64,000 bases of DNA, taken from the IMG/VR virus record IMGVR_UViG_3300037993_000206; one strand, given 5' to 3'. This DNA comes from an uncultured virus (IMG/VR IMGVR_UViG_3300037993_000206) (taxonomy: Duplodnaviria; Heunggongvirae; Uroviricota; Caudoviricetes). Shown here piece after piece: positions 40,996 to 50,497 of the stretch (positions are counted from its first letter, which is position 1; every line of letters begins with the position of its first letter). The position numbers and the translations under genes are program-made. The notes under the pieces are model-generated. The model searched no databases, was not told the DNA's origin, and saw nothing but the letters and a program-made list of their open reading frames with translations.

Positions 40996-42248
40996 TTATT
41001 CCTTAGTACCAGCACCAGCGTTCTTCCACATTCTGTACGTTCTCTTAATCTTTCGATAAAGCGTGGACTATATTTTTATCCATCTTTTTCAGTGGATACA
41101 GCCTCTATAGTCTCTATGCATTGGCGGGTTCATTCCCCGTTTTAGTTTGGGATTACCATGCCCAATTTATTTGGGTTTAGGTTCAACCAAGTTAGGGCTG
41201 AGAGCCATCTAAGATTACTCTTAAATGCGGCCAGTATATCGACCATAACCAATAACGGAACCATAATCACAATTGCCGCAACGTATATGCATCTAATCTT
41301 TCGATATAGTATGGACTATACTTTCATCCGTTTCAGGATGCCCAACCTCTAGTCTCTACACATGATATCTGGTTCACTTCCAGACCTAGCTAGGGATTAC
41401 CATGACCATTATTGGTTTTAGGTTCAACCTAATTTGTTGGGAATTTTTACATCTACGATTACTCGTAAAGTTGGCCTGATTGACCAAAAGGAAAACGGCT
41501 TTGATTACTCATGTCACTCACATTTCTATGAGGTTCGGACTCTATCACATTCCTCTTTAAAGGAATCTCGCCGCCGAGTCTCTCCGCATGGCCTATCTTC
41601 AATTGATAGATTAGTTCGGTGGTTAACTTGCCTATTCTTTATTTTCTAGGTTTAGTTTTCCCCGACTTTGACGAGTTATTCGATGCACATTACTATGCAA
41701 AGACCCTAATCAGTTAAGGTACTACCAGTATCCGTACCGGAAATGCTAAATCTGTAATCTTATCTTTCGATAAGTGTCGGAACATATCATTACCCATCTA
41801 AGTGGGTATCCCCTCTATGTTCTCTTTGCGTTTCACCATTCATTTTGGTGTTTAGTTCTCGATTGGCTTACATCTTTTTAGATGATTAGCGTTCCAAGAG
41901 TTAGGGGGATTTTTCAACCTCAATTACTTGAGGAAGCGGCCATTTCTTTAACCGTCGGAGTTACGAAGTTCGCAATAACCAAGAAAACCACGATTGAAGC
42001 CACCATAGTAGCAAGCGATTTAATTTATGTTCTCCCATTTTTCAATGGATATCGGACTTTTTCTTTATCCTATAAAGGATAGTCCCTGTTAAGTCTCTGC
42101 ACACGCCCGAAGTTCATTTCTTCTGCTTGGCTCAAGATTACCATGACTCATTTCTAAGTTTTAGATTCCCTTGAATTTAAGGACTTCATTGACCTACAAA
42201 TTACTTTGTAGTCGGGCCTCGCTATTCACCCGTCATGAGGTGGCCCAT
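40996..42248 (-). CDS. Intron-split putative major capsid or envelope protein; exons 42248-42228, 42015-41951, 41745-41717, 41507-41483, 41289-41242, 41041-40996; product MGHLMTGLATMVASIVVFLVIANFVTPTVISGTDTGSTLIKAVFLLVIYVAAIVIMVPLLVMVTYRMWKNAGAGTKE (77 aa; 81 aa from ATG 42260)
   Basis: Exons joined at P1 U-G sites and terminal G give 234 nt in one open frame; two hydrophobic helices with a polar linker; own promoter and terminator. Confidence 0.8.
41042..41241 (-). ncRNA. Group I intron 5 (200 nt; alternative 3' splice site at 41033)
   Basis: P1 GGU/GCC, P2 GUAA loop, CCUAA..AUGG receptor, P7 GACUA/UAGUC, P9 GAAA loop. Confidence 0.9.
41290..41482 (-). ncRNA. Group I intron 4 (193 nt; 3' end set by frame)
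   Basis: P1 UUGGU/GCCAA, P2 GUAA, P7 GACUA/UAGUC, P9 GAAA. Confidence 0.9.
41508..41716 (-). ncRNA. Group I intron 3 (209 nt)
   Basis: P1 ACCU/GGGU, P10 UAAUCA/UGAUUA, P7 GACUC/GAGUC, P9 GAAA. Confidence 0.9.
41746..41950 (-). ncRNA. Group I intron 2 (205 nt)
   Basis: P1 CGGU/GCCG, P10 CAUUUC/GAAAUG, P7 GAACA/UGUUC, P9 GAAA. Confidence 0.9.
42016..42227 (-). ncRNA. Group I intron 1 (212 nt)
   Basis: P1 CGGGU/GCCCG, P10 CUUGCUA/UAGCGAG, P7 GACUU/AAGUC, P9 GAAA. Confidence 0.9.
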
Positions 42249-42373
42249 TTTTAGCACCATCGAACCAGTCTGAGCGACCAACCGTGTAGACCTTGTGGTC
42301 TACCGTAAAACATTTGCGAGACATTTTAAGAGTTTCTATAACTCACCTCTCGCATATATTTAACATTATTTTT

Positions 42374-42403
42374 ATTTTATCACTGGTTATTGGTTAATGT
42401 CAA
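42374..42403 (-). promoter_or_regulatory. Promoter TTGACA-N18-TAAAAT for the split capsid-like gene
   Basis: Motif match with extended TG. Confidence 0.65.
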
Positions 42404-42442
42404 TAGATTTTTGAGAACCAAATTTATATTATTTTAAGTAGG

Positions 42443-44584
42443 TTAAATAATAGTGAGTAGATTATAGATGATTAAGAATGAAATAATAGCGAAGATTAGC
42501 ATAGAAGCGGTTATGGCTAATGCCTTTACAGAACCATTGGCACGAATACGTATAATACCTACAAAGATAGCAATAGCTGCAACTTCTAATGGAATTAATG
42601 CCCAAAATATAGACCTAGAAGAATCTACGGGATATGAAACTAATGTTTCAGTTCCTATATTAATGTAAGTTCCTAACATATTTAAGTTTTCAGCCGCCGC
42701 CCAATTAGCGTCTACTGAGGATGTACTTATTCTAACCTCATCTATAATTCCGTTGAAATAATCGGATGCACCATTATAATAAGCCCCGATATTAAATGAG
42801 TTACTTTGATAAGGCGTAATTGCCGTACTAGATAAAGTGGCGGTATCAGCCGTTCCATTAATATAGATTCGCATGGTATTATCAACACCAATAGTAGCTT
42901 GAATCAAATACCAATTCCCTACTATTAAAGAAGTATTACCTTGAAGATATTGGTCAGTTGACCCATTACCAACCCCAAAAACGACCACATTATTAGCCCC
43001 ACTAGTCCGTAATCCTAAATATATTCCCGTAGCGGCGGTAGGACTAGAATTAGCTATAATTGAATTATAAGTTGAAATTGAACCGATTGGCTTAACCAAC
43101 GCTGTTAAGGTAAGTTGAGGCATGGAAGTACCAGGACTAGCCGTGATACCAATTACCTTTACGATACTTGAACCATTCGCTACGATGGCTTCTGTTGAAC
43201 CAACTAATCTAACACCAATAGTAGTACCACCAATTTGATTTGTTGAAGTATAAGTTGCAACACCAGTACCGACTGTGATTATTTTACAAAGTCCGGTTGA
43301 ACCTTCTGTGAATAGTATATGAGTATCGTCAGTCCATTCAAGATTATATATATGAGTTCCTAACCCACTATAAGTATAGCTGGTTACTTTTGTACCATAA
43401 TTTATTACTTGAATATCATTTGCACCATATTCTGCTAATGCTATTGTCAAATTTCCGCTGATTACTCTAGTAGCAACATCATTCGGCCTGTTAAATCCAG
43501 TCATCGTCCATAATACACTTTGATTTGCTCTACTTATTAATGTAAGCGAATTTGCACTCATATTAATAACCATAACCGAATCGTCCGTTGTGGTAAGAGT
43601 AACTGGTCTACAATATATTTCAGTTCCACTTGTATTATAAGACCATACTCTAGTTCCAGCAGGATTCAATTCATAAACATACCCACCACCATCACCATCT
43701 GCTGTTAGATAGTCACCATTAGAATATTTATAGACCGATTCCGGCCCATCCGTAGTAACTGTATCTGTTGGGCTATTATATTGGAATACTGCAACACCTG
43801 TTTTGGGATTAACTTCACCTATTCCCGTATGACCGGCACTTCCCCTAGCTACTGCATAAAGAATATTACCATTTGGAAGTAACATAGCCTGATAAATATT
43901 ACCCGTTATAGTATAGGGAGTTAAATCATATCTTTGAAGAATACCGTAGTTCCATGTAACCGGAATATATTGAGAAGATGTTGCTGTGAAACTCTGCCCG
44001 TTACCAACTTGACCTGCAATAGTAGGCGGATTTGCCGCTCCATTTTTAGCGATACTACCCATTGTTGATTGCATTGAATCATAGATATGAGAAGTATCTA
44101 CATAGTCGTCCATATGTCCAACAAATAAATGAGAAGAACTCCAAACATTAGATACTCCATAAGAATAAGTTTGACCATCTGTTGCGGTCGGATTATCGTA
44201 ATAAAACCAAAAATATGAAGTATTAACTGATGCCGAAATAGAAGGGACTTGAATCCATACTGTAGCTAATTGACTGACTGAGTTCCACTGTTCTATTTCA
44301 TAATTTAAGGAATTGAAATTTGAATCAGCAAAGCGAATATCCGCACCGCTGGATTGACAACGACTAAAGTTAAAATTAGTGCTATTTAATTGTAGCAAAA
44401 CAACAAAGTTAGTTAGAGTTTCAGGTATTGTTGCATTTAAGATTGATATTTTACGAACATAGGTATATCCAGTAAAACTAGAAGTAGCTTGTACTTTTTG
44501 TGGTTGATTTATACTGAATAGGCTTAGTAAAAGCACCAAACCTACTAATATAAAACCACTACGTTCTAAATATCGTTTTAACAT
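42443..44584 (-). CDS. Surface protein: DUF2341-like domain, beta-propeller insert, LamG/ConA-like domain, C-terminal double TM anchor
   Basis: GADIRF...L.YEIEQW...VWIQVP (DUF2341); F.GIIDEVRIS (LamG); signal peptide. Confidence 0.8.
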   Translation of the reverse strand: MLKRYLERSGFILVGLVLLLSLFSINQPQKVQATSSFTGYTYVRKISILNATIPETLTNFVVLLQLNSTNFNFSRCQSSGADIRFADSNFNSLNYEIEQWNSVSQLATVWIQVPSISASVNTSYFWFYYDNPTATDGQTYSYGVSNVWSSSHLFVGHMDDYVDTSHIYDSMQSTMGSIAKNGAANPPTIAGQVGNGQSFTATSSQYIPVTWNYGILQRYDLTPYTITGNIYQAMLLPNGNILYAVARGSAGHTGIGEVNPKTGVAVFQYNSPTDTVTTDGPESVYKYSNGDYLTADGDGGGYVYELNPAGTRVWSYNTSGTEIYCRPVTLTTTDDSVMVINMSANSLTLISRANQSVLWTMTGFNRPNDVATRVISGNLTIALAEYGANDIQVINYGTKVTSYTYSGLGTHIYNLEWTDDTHILFTEGSTGLCKIITVGTGVATYTSTNQIGGTTIGVRLVGSTEAIVANGSSIVKVIGITASPGTSMPQLTLTALVKPIGSISTYNSIIANSSPTAATGIYLGLRTSGANNVVVFGVGNGSTDQYLQGNTSLIVGNWYLIQATIGVDNTMRIYINGTADTATLSSTAITPYQSNSFNIGAYYNGASDYFNGIIDEVRISTSSVDANWAAAENLNMLGTYINIGTETLVSYPVDSSRSIFWALIPLEVAAIAIFVGIIRIRANGSVKALAITASMLIFAIISFLIIYNLLTII

Positions 44585-44614
44585 AGAACCAACTCCCGAT
44601 TTGCTTTATATGTT

Positions 44615-44643
44615 ATCATATCATAACTAAAGACAAATGTCAA
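44615..44643 (-). promoter_or_regulatory. Promoter TTGACA-N17-TATGAT
   Basis: Motif match, just downstream of hairpin 44650-44676. Confidence 0.7.
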
Positions 44644-44684
44644 ATAGAAAAGCCCCTGACAAAATGCCAGAGGCTTAAAGAGGT

Positions 44685-46635
44685 TTAACGTAATCCCAAA
44701 ACTATTAGTAGTAAAATTACAAAGCCCAAAGATAAACCTATAACCCATAAGACCTTATTATCCCATCTTAAAAATGGTTTAGGTTGTTTCGGTTGCTCTA
44801 AATTTGAACCCTGTTTATTTTGTTCCTTGATTTCTTCTTTCATCATTGGAACTACTGTATCTAACTGATTATCTTGTGGTGTTTTTATAATATCCTCATC
44901 CGATTTGACACCATGTTCTTCGCTCACTTGTGGTCTAATATCTTCGGATACACCTTGAGGACTTATTGGGCTTTTGGGAGTACATCTTCAAACTTTTTCA
45001 CATCATCTTTAGTGATTGTTTGAGACTCACCTTTATTATTTGAAGGACTTGAATTGGGTCGTTTTGCACCAATGCCATACGAACCATTCTGCAAGGAACT
45101 AACCAATGTACGAATAACCAACTCGCAAGTTCTCATTCTACCATCGTTCATTACTTTAGGGGAATAATCAGTATCCATTTGGACTTCTACATTTACACCA
45201 CCAGCCAATACTACATTATCCATATCAGGCGGTGGAACTAACGGAGCGTTTGAAGTCGCATCATCTGAAATTACCTTTTCTGAAATACCGTTTGCCCCAA
45301 TTCTTGAACCAATGAACGTGCCTGCTTGTGCTGAACCTAGTTTTTCACCTTTACGAATCCACGGATTAAATCTGTCCATATGTTTTGTTTCACTATCCTT
45401 TTTAATCTCACGACTTTCTGCCGCCAGAGATTTTAAGAGCAACCTTTATTTCAAAGCATCTGTTTTGTTTCTGATTCGTTTTGGAATATCAATTCGTGAT
45501 TAGCTATATAATCTGCGTTATCTTCTCTACCCAATAAAACTGCATCATCGGGTATTTTATTTATCCATTCCTTCAGTGTTTTGGCATTAAGATAACGATA
45601 CGTTCCAATCCGATATTTAGTTCTAACAATCTTCGTCTCTAATATTCGACTAAATCCAGTTTCTATATCCATTTTATTTTACATCCTGTTTAGGTTTTAA
45701 TCTATCGTCCCAACTATCACATTTTTCTTGAATATCTTTAATAGTTTTACAGGGTTTAGAAACATTAGTAAGTGACCAGAATGATTGGATATTTTCCTGG
45801 TCAAACTTTTTGACGCAACAACGATAGCACTCAGATGATTTTCCATCCAAAGATATATTGCTTCGGACTAGATTATTACACAATACACAGATACCCATTA
45901 TATTTTAAACTCCTGTTCACCATTCCATTCTTTACGCATCTCTTTGATAGTCAAATTAAGGTTGTGAAGTTTCTCACCACAAACTCTAATGGCGTCTAAC
46001 GCTTTTTCAAATTCTACTTTATTAATATAGTCGCCAACTTCAAATTGCCACACATCATTATTAGAAACTGCAACCACAAAAACATATTCATCTTTGAAAC
46101 AAAAAGGATATTCAGTAAAATAAGAAGTCGGGAGTCTTTTATCGCATATATCGTAGCACGAAAAGTCTAAGATTTTGTAGCACTTTTCACCACGATAGAC
46201 AACCTTTTTAGTTTTGATTCCTAGTTCTATTGCTTGCATCTTTTATTCCTCTTTTTCGCTATCCCGAATAATTTTCTCAGCATCAGTACGATGTTCTGAA
46301 AGTTGTAATTGTTCGGCCTCTGTAATTGGACGTTCATCTACTTTTTCACCCGTTTTTGCGTCATAATAATTAACTGTATTAGTACCATAGACTACCGTAA
46401 CTTCAACATTTTGAGGGATAAATCCCGCTTTTTTAGTCGCTAATGCTTGTGCTACATTGTCGTGTTCACGTTTAATTGCATCTTTCAATGGTTTCTTCTG
46501 TTCATCTAAATCTGCAATATTCATTTCAAGTTCATATATTCTATCATAAGCTGTAGCGATATCATTAAGCAATTCTACTTTTTGTTCTTGAGTTAAAGGT
46601 TTTTGAATCTGTATTGTTTCTGTTAATTTGTTCAA
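44685..46635 (-). CDS. Run of six small hypothetical genes (44685-44927, 44963-45442, 45451-45672, 45674-45898, 45898-46239, 46243-46635)
   Basis: Tightly coupled ORFs; grouped. Confidence 0.55.
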
Positions 46636-46648
46636 CTTAAAACCTCAC

Positions 46649-47770
46649 TTAATTAGTTTGGAAACCAACAATTTTTAATATTGGCACAGCATAAAAAGTT
46701 AAAGAATTTAAGTTTAAAGCGCCATTGGGGTCTGTCACTATAGGTAAGGTAATTGTTAAAGTAGAGTAGTAACTTGATGTACCTGGATTTTGCGTGAATT
46801 GCCAGATGCCACTAAGAATTGAGTTAGTTGAACCCGTTGCCCATGCGGTATAAGTTGGGTCGTTTCCGGCATTAGACCATTGTGGGTTACCCATTGAACT
46901 CATAGCATAAGTTACACCACTAGGAAGCGTGACTTGCGTACCATCATTTTTGATAAACACAAACGCAAGTTGTAATTGGATATTAGAGATTGTTTTGCCT
47001 GTTTGGTTCTGAATTTGAAGTTGAAATTGCTGTGAACTGGTAGCTTCAACCCATTGTTTTGTTGAACCATTAACTGCTACCAAAGTTGCGGTATTAGTAG
47101 GTGGAGTAGCATTAGCAGATAACAAGCCATCTTGTGTTGGAGTGAAAGTTAAAACAGTAGGAGCCGATGTATTCCCGTTAAAGATAGTATTATAGGAATA
47201 GGAAATAATTTGTGCTGTAACTTGCCCGTTAGTTGCGACACCCGTTCCGGTTGCCCCACCTGAAGAACTAGAGGTTGAAGTAGGTGTAGGGGTTGATTGC
47301 AAGGCCGTAACATTAGAAGTTAATGTAGTGATTTGTGCGGTTAATTGTGCGATTTGTTGCTTTAAGGCAGTTACATCGGCTTGCTCTGAAGTTCCCGCAT
47401 TTGTAACTGAAGTTTGTAAGGTACTTACCTCTGATTTCAAATTATTAATATCATTCTGGTCACTACTTGAATTTTTAAGGGTATTGACATCATTTTCAAG
47501 AGTAGTTACTTGATTAAGTGCTTGAGTAATGGTTTCACTCGTTGGCATACTTTTAATTTCAGTTTCTAATGCTGTTATCCGAGCATCTAACTTTCCATCG
47601 GTAGAATCGTTATTACGTGAGGCAGTTTCCAAAGCAGTTACACGGTCAAACAAAGTTGGAGCGGAAGTTGCGGCAGGGGCAGGTTTAGCGGCGCAACTTG
47701 CTAAAAGAACGGCAATAATTAAAGAGCAAAGGATAACCATAGCGACCTTAAACTTTTTTGTTTTGAACAT
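46649..47770 (-). CDS. Lipoprotein with long coiled coil and beta-rich C-terminal domain (fibre or spike-like)
   Basis: Lipobox LLASC; RITALE heptads. Confidence 0.75.
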   Translation of the reverse strand: MFKTKKFKVAMVILCSLIIAVLLASCAAKPAPAATSAPTLFDRVTALETASRNNDSTDGKLDARITALETEIKSMPTSETITQALNQVTTLENDVNTLKNSSSDQNDINNLKSEVSTLQTSVTNAGTSEQADVTALKQQIAQLTAQITTLTSNVTALQSTPTPTSTSSSSGGATGTGVATNGQVTAQIISYSYNTIFNGNTSAPTVLTFTPTQDGLLSANATPPTNTATLVAVNGSTKQWVEATSSQQFQLQIQNQTGKTISNIQLQLAFVFIKNDGTQVTLPSGVTYAMSSMGNPQWSNAGNDPTYTAWATGSTNSILSGIWQFTQNPGTSSYYSTLTITLPIVTDPNGALNLNSLTFYAVPILKIVGFQTN

Positions 47771-47879
47771 TTACATTCCCCCAAATATTTAACTTACATC
47801 TCTATTAAAGCACATTCAAAAACGAAAGTCAACTATCTTCTTGACAACAAGCATTTGTTAATGATAATATTAAGGTAGA

Positions 47880-48230
47880 ATGAATGAGGATAAACTGCTA
47901 AAGAAACTGACGGAGCAAGAATACCACGACTTAAAAAAGGAACTTGCTACTGAAATAGATTTTGAAAAATTGCGCCATGAACTACGGACTATGAAAACCA
48001 ATAGTCCGTTATTAAAAGTCCTGATAGAAGAATTACCCAAATTAAATTACCGGATTAGAAACGCAATCGCATTAACGCTATTACCTAATATATTAAGTAA
48101 TATGAAACGCTGGCAATCTATTTATAAGATAGTAAAACAGATTTTAAGTCGGCGTGGAAACTGGCAAGATAAAGCAAGGGGCAATCCAAAGTTGGGTTTT
48201 AAGACAGGATTTGGAAAGCATAGGGAGTAA
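47880..48230 (+). CDS. Hypothetical protein
   Basis: Promoter-like TTGACA at 47841; ORF track. Confidence 0.6.
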   Translation: MNEDKLLKKLTEQEYHDLKKELATEIDFEKLRHELRTMKTNSPLLKVLIEELPKLNYRIRNAIALTLLPNILSNMKRWQSIYKIVKQILSRRGNWQDKARGNPKLGFKTGFGKHRE

Positions 48231-48235
48231 TTAAA

Positions 48236-50062
48236 TTGGTACAAACTGAAAAACCATTAGGTATAAATAATTATGGAACAATCCCTCATTTAATTGGGAG
48301 TCGAGTTACATTAGGTGATAAACATTGTCACGAAGGTCAAGTTAGAATTGCGACTGAGAAAGTTAGAGATAGACACGATGAAGTAATCGTAACTGAAAAA
48401 GTTGATGGATGTTTAAATTCTCGTGTAGTTGTATTAACTGATAAAGGGAATATCCCAATTGGTAGAATAGTAAACCAAAAATTGCCAGTTTTAGTTGCTT
48501 CGTATAACGAGTCTAATCAAATAATAGAATATAAGAGAATATTAGAATATCATAAGCAACATTATAATGATAAGTGGATTAAGGTGAAAATTACATCGAC
48601 AAAACAAGGCAACCATCATCTTGTTATAACAGTTACACCTAATCATCTATTTTATTGTAAGAGAGGGAATGATATTCTTAATGTCCAAGCTATAGACTTA
48701 AAAATAGGTGATAAAGTATTCCAATCGGCTGATAAAATTGATACAGAAGCGTACCAAATAATATTAGGTGGATTATTAGGGGACTCTAGCTTTTTACATA
48801 CTGGGCCTAATCACCATTACGGGTTTGCATTTGGGCATTCCTTGTCACAAGAGGGGTATTTTATTTATAAAATGAGATTATTGGGAGGTTTAGTTCACGA
48901 AACAACTAGGCAACGTGGAGGTTTTGAAGGTAGTAAGGAAAATCGTAGGGCATATTCTCATCATACGCCATATGTAGATGATTTAATTACAAAAAATTGC
49001 ATCGTGGATGGCAAAAAAGGTATAACGACTCAATGGATAAAGCAACTTAATCCGCTTGGTTTGGCTATTTGGTATATGGATGATGGAAGTTGCAGGTTTA
49101 GTTCTATGCAAAGGCCTAGATTACACATTGCTACTAATGGTTTTCCATTTCATCAAGCTCAGATGTTGAGTGATATGTTACGGTTTAAGTTTAATATAGA
49201 TAATGGGGTATATGATTATAAAGGTGCAACTATAGTCTGTACGGCTGATGGAACAGAGAGATTCTTCGATTTAATTTATCCTTATGTACCCCAATGTATG
49301 AAATATAAATTGCCCCCTAAATATAAGAACAGGGCTTGTGTTCTAGAGGGGTTTTTTGGATTATATAGTTCTCAGTCTTTAATTGAAACTACAGTTGTTG
49401 ATATTGATTATAACGGGAAGGTTTATGAAGGGGAAAATTGGCAGTATGATTTAACAGTGGAAGATAACCATAACTACTTTGCTAGTGATATTTTAGTACA
49501 TAACTCCAATGTCGGGGTTGCATTGCTTAATGGTGAAATTATTGCATTAACTCGTGCTGGATATAAGGCAGAAACTTCACCTTATGAACAACATTGGCAT
49601 TGGAATAATTGGGTCAAATCTAACGAGAGTCGATTTAGATACATATTAAAAGAAGGTGAAAGAATTGTTGGTGAATGGCTTATGCAAGCACATGGTACAA
49701 GATATAATTTAATGCATGAACCATTCGTAGTTTTTGACTTAATGAAAGAACATGATAGAGTTTCTTATAATGAACTTTTAGAAAGAACTTATGGTTTTCA
49801 ACATCCCCATCTTTTATATCGTGGTAATCGACCATTAAGTATTGAAGCGGCTTTGAATATTTTAGGTGAACATGGATATCATGGAGCTATTGATTTAGCA
49901 GAAGGTTGTGTCTGGAAAATTGAAAGAAAAGGTATAGTAGATTTCATGTGTAAATATGTCAGACCTGACAAAGAAGATGGTATTTACTTACCGGAAAAAA
50001 GTAAGTTAGACCCTGTTTGGAATTGGTATCCGTATGGATATATTTTAAAAGAGGATAAATAA
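48236..50062 (+). CDS. ATP-dependent RNA ligase (Rnl2-like) interrupted by an intein
   Basis: Motif I TEKVDG|SN, GEW, FVVFD, EGCVW, KYV. Confidence 0.85.
   Translation: MVQTEKPLGINNYGTIPHLIGSRVTLGDKHCHEGQVRIATEKVRDRHDEVIVTEKVDGCLNSRVVVLTDKGNIPIGRIVNQKLPVLVASYNESNQIIEYKRILEYHKQHYNDKWIKVKITSTKQGNHHLVITVTPNHLFYCKRGNDILNVQAIDLKIGDKVFQSADKIDTEAYQIILGGLLGDSSFLHTGPNHHYGFAFGHSLSQEGYFIYKMRLLGGLVHETTRQRGGFEGSKENRRAYSHHTPYVDDLITKNCIVDGKKGITTQWIKQLNPLGLAIWYMDDGSCRFSSMQRPRLHIATNGFPFHQAQMLSDMLRFKFNIDNGVYDYKGATIVCTADGTERFFDLIYPYVPQCMKYKLPPKYKNRACVLEGFFGLYSSQSLIETTVVDIDYNGKVYEGENWQYDLTVEDNHNYFASDILVHNSNVGVALLNGEIIALTRAGYKAETSPYEQHWHWNNWVKSNESRFRYILKEGERIVGEWLMQAHGTRYNLMHEPFVVFDLMKEHDRVSYNELLERTYGFQHPHLLYRGNRPLSIEAALNILGEHGYHGAIDLAEGCVWKIERKGIVDFMCKYVRPDKEDGIYLPEKSKLDPVWNWYPYGYILKEDK
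48410..49504 (+). mobile_element. Intein (365 aa) with LAGLIDADG homing endonuclease
   Basis: Begins CLNS, TPNH block B, ILGGLLGDSS and LAIWYMDDGS, ends YDLTVEDNHNYFA...VHN followed by Ser. Confidence 0.92.
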
Positions 50063-50065
50063 ATA

Positions 50066-50497
50066 ATGCCAGAAGAATTTGAACCTCAAAGTATAGTAAT
50101 AAGTGCCAATGATATAATCTGTCCAGAGTGTATAAAGACACAAGACCCTGACAAAGTAGCAGAGAATGAAGAGAACTTAGAGAACAACGAACCGCCAATA
50201 AATACAAGGGTAATTACAATCTTAAAATCTAGGGAAGAATATGCTAACCATATTCTAAAATATCATCCCGCTTCTCAAAGAGTAAATTGGGCAAAGGCAG
50301 AGTTAGAATACATCAAAAAACAATCTGAGCCAAAGAAAGATGAAGCTTTAAAGACTGTCATAAAAGAGGCTCTAAATTCCGAACCAACATCACAAAAACC
50401 GCCTAAAGTTAATATCTTCAAGCGGTTATTGAGTAGCATAAAACCTAAACCAAAAGTTAAACCCGTTGTCCATAGAAAAAAGAAAATTAGCCTGTGA
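50066..50497 (+). CDS. Zinc-finger-containing hypothetical protein
   Basis: CPEC...H...H. Confidence 0.6.
   Translation: MPEEFEPQSIVISANDIICPECIKTQDPDKVAENEENLENNEPPINTRVITILKSREEYANHILKYHPASQRVNWAKAELEYIKKQSEPKKDEALKTVIKEALNSEPTSQKPPKVNIFKRLLSSIKPKPKVKPVVHRKKKISL

Noticed and set aside
41035..41290. Alternative splicing frame giving ...LLVCGNCDYGSVIGYGYRMWKN (introns 4 and 5 both ending ACG)
   Set aside because: Formally in frame but destroys the second hydrophobic helix; kept only as a less likely alternative needing RT-PCR
40826..42082. Plus-strand ORFs of 64-77 aa listed in the ORF track
   Set aside because: Antisense shadows of the introns, exons and RHH gene; no SD or protein-like features
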